Part shown: positions 56,012 to 64,000 of the stretch, in pieces
How the letters are laid out: each line of letters starts with the position of its first letter
Numbering within the stretch: the first letter of the stretch is position 1
From: Acidobacteriota bacterium
Lineage (GTDB): Bacteria > Acidobacteriota > UBA6911 > RPQK01 > CBDEGM01
Assembly (NCBI GenBank): GCA_965237715.1
Contig: CBDEGM010000002.1
Location: 67,234-131,233 of the forward strand
Direction of reading: 5' to 3'
DNA: 64,000 nucleotides
Translations under genes and position numbers: made by a program
The notes under the pieces: generated by a model
Databases searched by the model: none
Seen by the model: only the letters and a program-made list of their open reading frames with translations
Told to the model about the DNA's origin: nothing

Positions 56012-57034
56012 GAAAACGACCTGACTATGGAAACGCAACCCCGGAAGACTTGGTGAGAGCTCTTCTGCGCGTGCACCGGAAGACAGCCCGTTATCGGCAA
56101 TCAGTTCCTGGTACATCAGTTGTTTCCCAGCCAAGCCCCGCACAACCCGTCTCATCTGGTGCAGAGTGTCCAGCTGGCGAAGGTTGTGCTTCCCAGCGAA
56201 CTCACGAACATAGCGATCCAGATGTTTAGGACTGATCTTGTGAAAGACTCCCGTATGCGCCCTTTTGAGCATAGACCAGAAGCTCTCGACGCCATTGGTA
56301 TACGCTTTCCCTCGCACATACTCACCAATCGAGTGCTTAACCGTCTCATGATTCGGAAGGGTGTGGTAGGTCAAAGCGTCATCGGTGTAGATTTTGGTTC
56401 CCAGCTTGACGTGCTCCATAATGAAAAGGCTCATGGTCTCAGACTTGGTATTGCGGACAACTTGGGCGGAGACTTGATTAGAGGATCGATCTTTGATCCC
56501 CGCTACAGCCATTTTGCCAGTCGGTCCACGACCACTCATCTGAGCTCTCTTGGTCTTGTTCATGTTCCTGCGCTTTCCTCCTATGTAGGTCTCATCGACT
56601 TCGACCGGGCCGGAGAAAGACGTTCCACCGTTTTTAGTTCTGGTCCAGGCTTCTCGAATTCTGTGGAGCATGAACCATGCAGCGGGTTGACTGACCCCAA
56701 TGTCGCTCGCCAACTTGGTGGAGGCGATGCTCTTCAAACTGGTCAGTTCCAGATAAATGGCCATAGCCCATTTGTGGAGCGAGAGGTTTGTTTTGGCAAT
56801 GGGCGTCCCAGTGCGGACCGAGAAATACCGCTCGCAATCTCGGCACCGATACGGCATGGGCTTTCGGTTGGGCACGGTGTAGGTATTGGTGGACCCGCAA
56901 TGCCCACAACACCTTTCCTCTGGCCACAGTGTCTTTTCAAACCACTCCTCAGCTGCTTTTTCGTTGGGGAACATGTCCATCAAGTGGATAATGTTGAGTT
57001 TCCTGCGTTGCCGGTTTCTTGTTTGTTTTCCCAT
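56000..57034 (-). CDS. IS1595-family (ISXO2-like) DDE transposase with an N-terminal zinc-ribbon
   Basis: 344 aa. N-terminal CCGHCGS...CRDCERYF zinc ribbon and a DDE_Tnp_IS1595-like core (YIGGKRRN..., YTDDALTY..., ESFWSMLKR). Confidence 0.75.
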   Translation of the reverse strand: MGKQTRNRQRRKLNIIHLMDMFPNEKAAEEWFEKTLWPEERCCGHCGSTNTYTVPNRKPMPYRCRDCERYFSVRTGTPIAKTNLSLHKWAMAIYLELTSLKSIASTKLASDIGVSQPAAWFMLHRIREAWTRTKNGGTSFSGPVEVDETYIGGKRRNMNKTKRAQMSGRGPTGKMAVAGIKDRSSNQVSAQVVRNTKSETMSLFIMEHVKLGTKIYTDDALTYHTLPNHETVKHSIGEYVRGKAYTNGVESFWSMLKRAHTGVFHKISPKHLDRYVREFAGKHNLRQLDTLHQMRRVVRGLAGKQLMYQELIADNGLSSGARAEELSPSLPGLRFHSQVVFSYL

Positions 57035-57089
57035 AGGAGTATTGTATGTCAGGAGAAGGGAAAAGTCAAGTAGGTCTTATAATCCCATT

Positions 57090-57180
57090 TTTTACCACAA
57101 AGACACCAAGATGGCACCAAGAGGATTGCTTTGTGAATCTTTGTGTCTTGGTGGTTAACAAGAACTCTTACCACAAAGCC
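57090..57180. repeat. Short dispersed motif TTTTACCACAAAGACACCAAGA, also at 61296-61352 and 62636-62672 (inverted), flanking the ABC/GT cluster
   Basis: accacaaagacaccaaga...tctttgtgtcttggtgg...cttaccacaaagccc. The same units appear in the intergenic gaps of the 57189-62627 gene cluster. Confidence 0.5.
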
Positions 57181-57188
57181 CTGCACCC

Positions 57189-60100
57189 CTACTCGGACCG
57201 AAGCGCAGGCAGCAGCGGAGAGCGCAGGGCTGCAACAGTGGCCAGCAGGGATGAGACCAGGCCCGCGGCCAGCACTGCCAGCAGCAGGCCCAGAGAAAGT
57301 CCTGGGAGCTGGCCGCCTCGAGTGGAGAGGGCCGGGGCGATCGCCAGCAGCGCACATGCTGTGCCGGTGACCAGCCCGCAGAAAAGAAGCAGGGCATTTT
57401 CGGCCGTCACCATGAGAATCAGATCTGAGGATCGGTAGCCCACGGCGCGCAGCAGGGCCAGTTCCCGCCTTCTTTCCAGGACATTGCGCAGCAAAACCGT
57501 TGCCAGCCCGAAAGTTCCCAGTACCAACCCCAGGCCTCCCAGTGTCTGGAAGGTACTCAGGTAGGTATTCTCCACACGGTGAAAGGCGGCGAGACGTTCG
57601 CTGGTGGGGACCACGTCAAAGCCAAAATCCGCAAGGCGCTCTTCCAAGATGGCGGCGGCGGCGGAAGATTTTTCGGTTGGCAGGTCGATCAGGAAGAAGC
57701 GGTAGCCGGCGGCATGCCGGTCCCGGTCCGAAAAAAGGCGCAAAAAGTTCTCCTCCGACATCAGCAGCTCTCCCTGCAACAGGCTGTCAGCCAGGGCCGC
57801 GACCAGTCGCAGCTGCACCGAACGGCCGCTGCTGAGGTAGAGGACAAACTCCTCTCCCAGCTTGAGATGCAAAACATAGGTCATGGACTTGGCGTCCGCG
57901 ATCACCGGTACCGTGCCCTCCGTCATGGGTCTGTTCAGAAGCAGCCAGGGATTGTCTCTTTCCTGGTCGGTTTCGGCCAGCGAATCCTGGAAGGTGAAAC
58001 GGCCGCTGGTCAGGAAGCCCGGGGTGGGTGCCAGAATCCTGGGATTACGGGGTTGGTAGAGATTCAAACAGCTCGTGTCATCCCCTGGACGAAGCCGAAA
58101 TCTCGCAAAAACGACATCTTCAAGAAGCTGGGAGTCGGACTCCCAATCCAGGTTCAAGGCTTCCCGACCCTGCGCCTGATTGGGATCATGAACCAGTGGA
58201 AGACGGGACTCGGCCAGGAGCGGAAAACCTCCACTGCCCGACTTGTTCTCCAAGGAGGCTTCCTGCGCCCCCTGCTTGAAGGCATCTACCGCCACGATGA
58301 TGAATGTGGCAGATGCGATCAGGGCGATACAGAGAAGGCTTCTTCCTGGACGATGTTCCACATTTCGAAAACCCAGACGGGAAACAGCCCTCCAGCCGCT
58401 CTGCTGCAGGGGCCTCGGCTTTGGTCTCCGGAACCAGGAAGCCTGGAAAAAAAGAAGGGAAACCAGCAGTAGCGTGCCGGCACCAAAAAAACCGGCTACC
58501 TCACTGATCCAATTCAAGAATGCCGCCAAAAGAAGGAGAAGGCCCAAAAGGCCAAAGATCGGCCCTCCCAAGCCGGACAGCGGAGCAGAGAGAAAGGAAG
58601 AGCGGCTGCCATGTGGGCGCTGAATACTCGAAATCTCCCCGGTCAAGAGGCTGCGTGGGGAAGCGGCTGCGAGTGAGCGCAGCGTCCAGGCAATACAGGC
58701 CAGGGCGGTCAAAATGCCTACCCCTCCACCAATCGCCAGGACTGTAGAGGTGAGATGCAGCTTCAGCAGCCGGGTTCCCACTGCGTCGACCCACCAGGTG
58801 CGCAGCCCCAGCATGATCAGGGCCCCGTAACCCCACGCTCCGAGCATTCCTAAGGCGCTCCCCACGCTTGCCAGCACAGCCCCTTCGCCTAAGAAGAGGG
58901 TGCGAATCCGGGCGGGAGGGAAACCAACTGCCCGCAGGACTCCGATCTCACGAAGGCGCTGCTCCACTCCGAGTTTGAAAAACAAACCTGCCAGCAACAG
59001 GGCAGAAACCACCAGAAAAAAGCTGAAGTAGAGAAAGTACTCTCCAAAGTCTGTGGCTCCCTGTGAGGCCTCCAGGCCCCGAGCTCTTGCCGGATAAACG
59101 GACAGACCCATCCGGGTGGGGTCGAGTGCCGCTCTCAGCCCCTGCCTGAAAGACTCAAGTGCCGAGGGAAGATCCTGCGCACCGTCCGCCGGCGAAAAGA
59201 TTCGCAGAGAGGTCAATTTTCCAAAGCGGGACCTCCACAGCTCCTGACCCTTCTGGAGGGGGATAAAGGCCTTGGGTGTGGTGCGGTATTGGTCCCAGTA
59301 CTCCTCATCGCGCCGGCCGATGAGTTGGAGGTCGATGGGAAAGGGGGGATCCCACTCCGCTACACTGTCCGAGTCTGTAATTCCCGGGTATTCGGGCGTC
59401 AGATGTGGATCAGCCGCAGGTCCCCGCATGGGGACAATTCCCGCCACCTCAAAATCAGCCGACTCGGTGATCAGGTTTCCCTCCTCCTCCCACAGGTAGT
59501 ATTCAATGGAAATCTCGTCGCCTGGCTGTGCGCCAAGGCCGCGAGCGGCCCACTCGTTGAGCCACATCGGAGCCCGGGAGAGATGTCCTGGTGTCCTGGT
59601 GTCTTTGCGGGTGAAGGTTCCGAAATCTTCCAGTCTTGTGGCCGCGATCAGCGAGTAGGGTATGGAGCGCTCGCCGAAGCGGATCGTGTTGGCGAGATAG
59701 GTGAGCACGGGAAGGGTACGCATACCCAACTGGGTCGCCGTGTTTTGAGCGCGCTTTGCAAGAGTGTCGTCGACTACCGCCCGCCCGCTTTCCAGTAAGA
59801 AACAGTTTTGCCTCTCCAACAAGCGCAGCCTGATCCCCAAATCTTCCAGTTGGACCGTCTCTTTCAAAAAGGTTTCCAGCGCAGCGGAACCCGACTGGGA
59901 ATCTTCTAGAGTGGAAGCCGGGGTCCGTTCGGAAACCAGAATGGTATTGACCTTGCCTGGCTGTTCCAGGCTTTGCTGCAGCTGTTGAAGTGAAACGAAT
60001 AAGGCTCGAACAGCGGCCTGGTCCAGACGGGTGGAAAACTCACCGAGGGCCGAAGCGGACAGCGATTCACGCGCTGTCAAACGCATGGTGCGCCCCATCT

Positions 60101-60620
60101 CTTCTCTTCGACCATGCAGCGACTCCACTTGGATCTGGGAAGGCTTCTCTACACGAACCAGCAGAGAATCGCCTGGCGCGCTTCCTAATTCCTGAGCCAG
60201 GCTCGGGCTCAGAAGGACCTGCCCATGATGGAGGGCTCTGGGTTCACGTCCATGGAAATTCCAGAAGCGATGGTCTATTCCGTAGAGCTGGACATTGGAG
60301 GCTCGGCGGCCACTTTCCTGGTGAATGACAAAGGCCTCCAGTGCGAGAATCGGGCAGGCCGCGCCGAACTGCTCATCGAAGTGATGAGATGATTGCAGTT
60401 GCTCGGCCAGTTCTTCTCGAAAGAAAGCAGCGGCCGAGATCAGATATCCCGTATTTCCCACTCGAAGGAGGAACAGATCACGCAGACTGGCTTGCACGGA
60501 ATGCCCCACTAGCAGCGCACCTGTAAGGACAGCCACAGCCGTGGCCACTCCCAGGACGACGGCCAGATGGGTACGCCAGTAGTAGAGTAAGTTGCGCCTG
60601 ATGAGCCGCAGAGTTCGCAT
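57189..60620 (-). CDS. ABC transporter permease with duplicated FtsX-like domains (YbbP/MacB-type)
   Basis: 1143 aa with two 4-TM FtsX modules separated by large periplasmic loops. Confidence 0.75.
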   Translation of the reverse strand: MRTLRLIRRNLLYYWRTHLAVVLGVATAVAVLTGALLVGHSVQASLRDLFLLRVGNTGYLISAAAFFREELAEQLQSSHHFDEQFGAACPILALEAFVIHQESGRRASNVQLYGIDHRFWNFHGREPRALHHGQVLLSPSLAQELGSAPGDSLLVRVEKPSQIQVESLHGRREEMGRTMRLTARESLSASALGEFSTRLDQAAVRALFVSLQQLQQSLEQPGKVNTILVSERTPASTLEDSQSGSAALETFLKETVQLEDLGIRLRLLERQNCFLLESGRAVVDDTLAKRAQNTATQLGMRTLPVLTYLANTIRFGERSIPYSLIAATRLEDFGTFTRKDTRTPGHLSRAPMWLNEWAARGLGAQPGDEISIEYYLWEEEGNLITESADFEVAGIVPMRGPAADPHLTPEYPGITDSDSVAEWDPPFPIDLQLIGRRDEEYWDQYRTTPKAFIPLQKGQELWRSRFGKLTSLRIFSPADGAQDLPSALESFRQGLRAALDPTRMGLSVYPARARGLEASQGATDFGEYFLYFSFFLVVSALLLAGLFFKLGVEQRLREIGVLRAVGFPPARIRTLFLGEGAVLASVGSALGMLGAWGYGALIMLGLRTWWVDAVGTRLLKLHLTSTVLAIGGGVGILTALACIAWTLRSLAAASPRSLLTGEISSIQRPHGSRSSFLSAPLSGLGGPIFGLLGLLLLLAAFLNWISEVAGFFGAGTLLLVSLLFFQASWFRRPKPRPLQQSGWRAVSRLGFRNVEHRPGRSLLCIALIASATFIIVAVDAFKQGAQEASLENKSGSGGFPLLAESRLPLVHDPNQAQGREALNLDWESDSQLLEDVVFARFRLRPGDDTSCLNLYQPRNPRILAPTPGFLTSGRFTFQDSLAETDQERDNPWLLLNRPMTEGTVPVIADAKSMTYVLHLKLGEEFVLYLSSGRSVQLRLVAALADSLLQGELLMSEENFLRLFSDRDRHAAGYRFFLIDLPTEKSSAAAAILEERLADFGFDVVPTSERLAAFHRVENTYLSTFQTLGGLGLVLGTFGLATVLLRNVLERRRELALLRAVGYRSSDLILMVTAENALLLFCGLVTGTACALLAIAPALSTRGGQLPGLSLGLLLAVLAAGLVSSLLATVAALRSPLLPALRSE

Positions 60621-61285
60621 CAGAGTGGTTGCAGACGCCCGTCGATCAGTTCCCGGCGAGCTGGAAAGCGGGCGGCCAATTCTGCGCTGTGCGTGACCGC
60701 GACCAGAATGGTTTCCTGGCGGCGGTGCAGATCGAACAGAAGCGACGTCACCTTCTCGGCTGAGTGGCGGTCCAGATTGCCCGTAGGCTCATCACAGAGG
60801 AGCAGAAGGGGCTCTCTGATGAGCGCCCGAGCCAGCGCAACGCGCTGTTTCTCTCCACCGGAGAGTTGGGAGGGTCGCTGACTGAGCCTGGGAGTCAGAC
60901 CGACCTGGTCAAGCAGGGAGCGCGCTCGTTCCAGGTAGTTGTTCCTCGAGGTCGAGACCAGGGTCGGGGCCAGAACATTCTCCAGAACCGAGCATTGAGG
61001 GAGCAGGCAATGATCCTGGAAAACAAACCCCACTTTTTCACCTCTGAAAGCCGCCAGCTTGTTTTCTTTCAGTTGGAACGGGTCTTGCCCATCTAACCGG
61101 ACTGTCCCTTTCGAAGGGAGTTCCAGCGCGCCCAGGATATACAATAGGGTACTCTTGCCGCAGCCTGAGGGCCCCATGATCGAGACTGCGTCACCACGGA
61201 CCAAAGAAAGAGAGACCCCTGAGAGTACGGGGAAGGGCCCATGGGGAGTCGGGTATTCCTTGCTGAGGGCTGTAACTTCTAGCAA
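60620..61285 (-). CDS. ABC transporter ATP-binding protein (YbbA/LolD-like)
   Basis: GPSGCGKSTL, LSGGEKQRVALARAL and LLLCDEPTGNLD. Confidence 0.85.
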   Translation of the reverse strand: MLEVTALSKEYPTPHGPFPVLSGVSLSLVRGDAVSIMGPSGCGKSTLLYILGALELPSKGTVRLDGQDPFQLKENKLAAFRGEKVGFVFQDHCLLPQCSVLENVLAPTLVSTSRNNYLERARSLLDQVGLTPRLSQRPSQLSGGEKQRVALARALIREPLLLLCDEPTGNLDRHSAEKVTSLLFDLHRRQETILVAVTHSAELAARFPARRELIDGRLQPL

Positions 61286-61295
61286 CTTCGCTCTG

Positions 61296-61352
61296 GGTTC
61301 CTTTGTGTCTTAGTGGTTTCCGTTTTTTACCACAAAGACACTAAGACACCAA
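61296..61352. repeat. Copy of the ACCACAAAGACAC(C/T)AAGACACCAAG motif between the ABC ATPase and GT genes
   Basis: ctttgtgtcttagtggtttccgttttttaccacaaagacactaagacaccaagcc. Confidence 0.45.
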
Positions 61353-62627
61353 GCCAGAGTAGACTTCAAAGGCGCGGTCGGCCATGTTTGTGACGCCGTA
61401 ATGGCGGCGGACTCCCTGAAAGCCTTTGAGACCCAGTTCTTTTCCCAGGGCGGGACTCTTCCAAATGGAGAGAATACCCTCTGCCAGACTCTGGGGATTA
61501 TTCGGTTCGACAAGCAATCCTCCCGAAGTTCTCCGGATCATTTCCGGGAAGGCTCCACGGCGAGGCTGCACAACCGGCACCCCAACCGCCATTGCCTCGA
61601 GCAGAAACATTCCTTTCGGGTCGTCATAAGTAGCCGGGACAGAGAGAACATCGAGCGTCTGCAGGAATTCGATTTTTTCTTGCCGGTTCAGCTCTCCTCG
61701 ATAATGAAACTCGTCGGCCAGACCCCAACCTTTCATTTGTTCCTGGATGCCTTTCAGGTAGGTGCGGTGCTCGCTCGCCAGGTAGCCTCCTACTTCAAGC
61801 CGGGCCTTCGGAAAGTGATGATCGTGACGTAAGCATCTATAGGTTTCGCATAACAGGTGTAAGCCTTTTTCGGGCGACACCCTTGCGAAGAAACCAATTG
61901 TGAACAGGTCGGATCGAGAACGGGGGCTGTCCGGATAGCCTTCCAGGTTGATGCCGAGGGGCACAAGCCGGATCTTTCGGGCAGGGATTCCGAGATAACC
62001 CGACATAAAGTCAGCGTAATACTCGCTCACCGCTTCGAAAGCATCCACAGATTCGATATGGGCTCGAATCAAGTCCAGCGATTCGTCCCTGTACGGTTCG
62101 GGTAGTCCCTGCAGGAATGAATCTTCTCCCTGGAGGGTGCAGCAGATCGGTCGTTCGAGTGTTTCTTTGATGGGTCTGGCAAGCCCGATGAGGAGAGAGT
62201 TAGGCAGAGTAACCACGTCGGGAGGGGGCTGCTCCTGCAGCCAGTGAAGAAATTTTTGAAACTCCTTATGCAGCAGACCCTCTTTCCCCTGCAGCATGGA
62301 GACGGTCAGTTGGCCCAGCTGCAGCGGATCTGTCTGGATTCCAAGACTGGAAGCAGCCCTTAGCACCGAGGGAGCGTCCCACAGCCCATCGAGCAGCCAT
62401 GGCGTCTTGCGGAAAAGAAGCAGGTGCTGTTGAAGATAGATACTGACCCCGCCGAAGAAGACTCGATGTTCGCTGACGTTGGATTCATCAGTCCTGGTGG
62501 GAGTGTAAAGGGGCAGTAGGGTGACTTCATGACCTCGGGAGATCAATTCCGCTGCCAGCGCATTATCCCTAAAACAGCTCCCGCAGTACATGTCGGCTGC
62601 ACCCGCGGTAATGGAAAGGATCCTCAT
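61341..62627 (-). CDS. Glycosyltransferase family 4 (GT-B, Glycos_transf_1)
   Basis: 428 aa with the C-terminal GT4 signature ...GGLLVEP... and EGFGLPLLEAMAVGVPVV-like LEAMAVGVPVVQ. Confidence 0.75.
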   Translation of the reverse strand: MRILSITAGAADMYCGSCFRDNALAAELISRGHEVTLLPLYTPTRTDESNVSEHRVFFGGVSIYLQQHLLLFRKTPWLLDGLWDAPSVLRAASSLGIQTDPLQLGQLTVSMLQGKEGLLHKEFQKFLHWLQEQPPPDVVTLPNSLLIGLARPIKETLERPICCTLQGEDSFLQGLPEPYRDESLDLIRAHIESVDAFEAVSEYYADFMSGYLGIPARKIRLVPLGINLEGYPDSPRSRSDLFTIGFFARVSPEKGLHLLCETYRCLRHDHHFPKARLEVGGYLASEHRTYLKGIQEQMKGWGLADEFHYRGELNRQEKIEFLQTLDVLSVPATYDDPKGMFLLEAMAVGVPVVQPRRGAFPEMIRRTSGGLLVEPNNPQSLAEGILSIWKSPALGKELGLKGFQGVRRHYGVTNMADRAFEVYSGLVS

Positions 62628-62635
62628 GATTTTGC

Positions 62636-62672
62636 CTTGCTATCTTTGTCTCTTGGTGTCTTTGTGGTAAAA
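62636..62672. repeat. Inverted copy of the ACCACAAAGACACCAAGA motif in the divergent promoter region between the GT gene and the Fe-ADH gene
   Basis: ctatctttgtctcttggtgtctttgtggtaaaaac. Confidence 0.45.
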
Positions 62673-62706
62673 ACTTTAAACTACTCAGGCCCAAGGGGGA
62701 AGGGAT

Positions 62707-63984
62707 ATGGCAAACGAATCGGCATTTGAGATGACGACGTCGAGCATTCGGTTTGGCCCGGGTGTCACGCGGGAGGTGGGGATGGATTTGGCGGAGATGG
62801 GGGTCAAACGAGTGATGGTTTTGACCGAACCACAGCTGAACAAGCTGCCTCCAGTGGCTACGGTGCTCAAGTCATTATCTGGAGAGAACGTCAAATTTTC
62901 ACTCTTTGGCCGAGTGCGAATCGAGCCAACGGACAGTTCCTTTCAGGAAGCGATCGAATTTGCCAAGTCGGATTCATTCGATGCCTTTGTTGCGGTGGGT
63001 GGCGGCTCAACCATGGACACTGCTAAGGCCGCAGATCTCTATTCCACCTACCCCGCGGATTTCCTGCATTATGTCAATCCCCCCATCGGGAAGGGATTTC
63101 CCGTGCCCGGTCCCATCAAACCGTTGATCGCGATTCCGACCACGGCGGGCACAGGCAGCGAAACAACGGGAGTGGCGATTTTCGACCTGGTCAGGATGCA
63201 CTCCAAGACGGGTATCGCTCATCGGAGACTGAAACCTAACTTGGGCGTCATTGATCCGGAGAATACCCGTACTCTCCCTGCTCAAGTGGTCGCCTCAGCC
63301 GGGTTGGACGTGCTCAGTCATGCATTGGAGTCGTACACGGCCATGCCTTACACTCGGCGTCCTTCGCCGGAGCGGCCGGTGCTGCGCCCCGCCTATCAGG
63401 GTTCCAATCCGATCAGCGACATGTGGTCGCTGGAGGCCCTGCGCATCGTATCGCAGTATCTGCCGAGGGCTGCAGCGGATCCATCCGACGACGAGGCTCG
63501 TTCCTCCATGCTGCTTGCTGCCTCCTATGCAGGGGTGGGATTCGGGAACTCCGGCGTTCACCTTCCTCATGGGATGTCGTATCCCGTTTCCGGTAGGGTC
63601 CGGAACTTTCAAATGAAAGGCTATCCAACGGATCGGCCCCTGGTGCCGCATGGAATCTCGGTAATTCTGAATGCCCCGGCGGTCTTTCGCTTTACTGCAT
63701 CCGCCAATGCCGAGCGCCACCTCAGGGCTGCAGAGATCCTGGGGGCTGATGTTGCCACGGTAAAGCTGGCGGACGCGGGTAAGGTCTTGGCCGATCAAAT
63801 CATACGGCTGATGCGGCTCCTGAAGGTTCCCAACGGGCTACGTGCAGTGGGATACGGTGAGGCGGATATTCCTGACCTGGTCAAAGGCACTTTGCCCCAG
63901 CATCGGGTCACCAAGCTGTCTCCTCGTGCCGCGGGGGAGGAAGAATTGGCGCATCTTTTTGAAGACGCTCTGGAGTATTGGTAG
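62707..63984 (+). CDS. Iron-containing alcohol dehydrogenase family protein
   Basis: 425 aa with GGGSTMDTAKA and the His-rich metal site HALESYT...HGMSYPV. Confidence 0.8.
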   Translation: MANESAFEMTTSSIRFGPGVTREVGMDLAEMGVKRVMVLTEPQLNKLPPVATVLKSLSGENVKFSLFGRVRIEPTDSSFQEAIEFAKSDSFDAFVAVGGGSTMDTAKAADLYSTYPADFLHYVNPPIGKGFPVPGPIKPLIAIPTTAGTGSETTGVAIFDLVRMHSKTGIAHRRLKPNLGVIDPENTRTLPAQVVASAGLDVLSHALESYTAMPYTRRPSPERPVLRPAYQGSNPISDMWSLEALRIVSQYLPRAAADPSDDEARSSMLLAASYAGVGFGNSGVHLPHGMSYPVSGRVRNFQMKGYPTDRPLVPHGISVILNAPAVFRFTASANAERHLRAAEILGADVATVKLADAGKVLADQIIRLMRLLKVPNGLRAVGYGEADIPDLVKGTLPQHRVTKLSPRAAGEEELAHLFEDALEYW

Positions 63985-64000
63985 GAAATGGTTCCCATTC

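Larger units (their letters stand above)
54011..57086 (-). mobile_element. IS1595-family element (3076 bp) with 22-bp terminal inverted repeats gggaatataagacctacttgac, carrying three passenger genes including a DNA methyltransferase-HNH fusion
   Basis: 54011-54032 and the reverse complement of 57065-57086 match at 21 of 22 positions. An IS1595-type transposase sits at one end. No target duplication is evident. Confidence 0.65.

Overview
This 64 kb, GC-rich window (about 60% GC, with a roughly 50% GC island at 47.5-49.2 kb) is a mosaic of ordinary metabolic and transport genes heavily colonised by mobile DNA. The conserved genes include a cobalamin-riboswitch-controlled TonB receptor with a BtuF-like binding protein, thioredoxin-like TlpA, an APC permease, PIMT, an RpoH-like sigma factor, FBPase, threonine synthase, lutABC, a dipeptide-type ABC transporter with M20/M19/D-aminoacylase peptidases, a Na/Ca exchanger, Skp, a YbbP/YbbA-like ABC pair with a GT4 glycosyltransferase, and an Fe-ADH. 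The mobile elements I can support directly from the sequence are: three near-identical 1.43 kb IS256 copies (two with 8-bp target duplications, one without); an IS21 element (istAB); two IS1380-family copies, both interrupted by other elements; a 3.2 kb IS4/IS5-like transposon with an N-terminal SWIM zinc finger, flanked by a 9-bp target duplication, carrying a low-GC cargo that includes an unusual selenocysteine-tRNA-like gene with a CCA anticodon; an IS630 element with an orfAB frameshift; a 3.1 kb IS1595-family element with 22-bp terminal inverted repeats carrying a DNA methyltransferase-HNH fusion; and two MITE-like families with long perfect terminal inverted repeats. Also notable are a LuxE/LuxC-like acyl-activating and acyl-reductase gene pair, heptanucleotide TCAnTGG arrays directly abutting start codons, and several frameshifted genes. 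No CRISPR array or rRNA is present. Host taxon is not asserted; the CarboxypepD-TonB receptors and the IS repertoire look Acidobacteria-like, but that is inference only.
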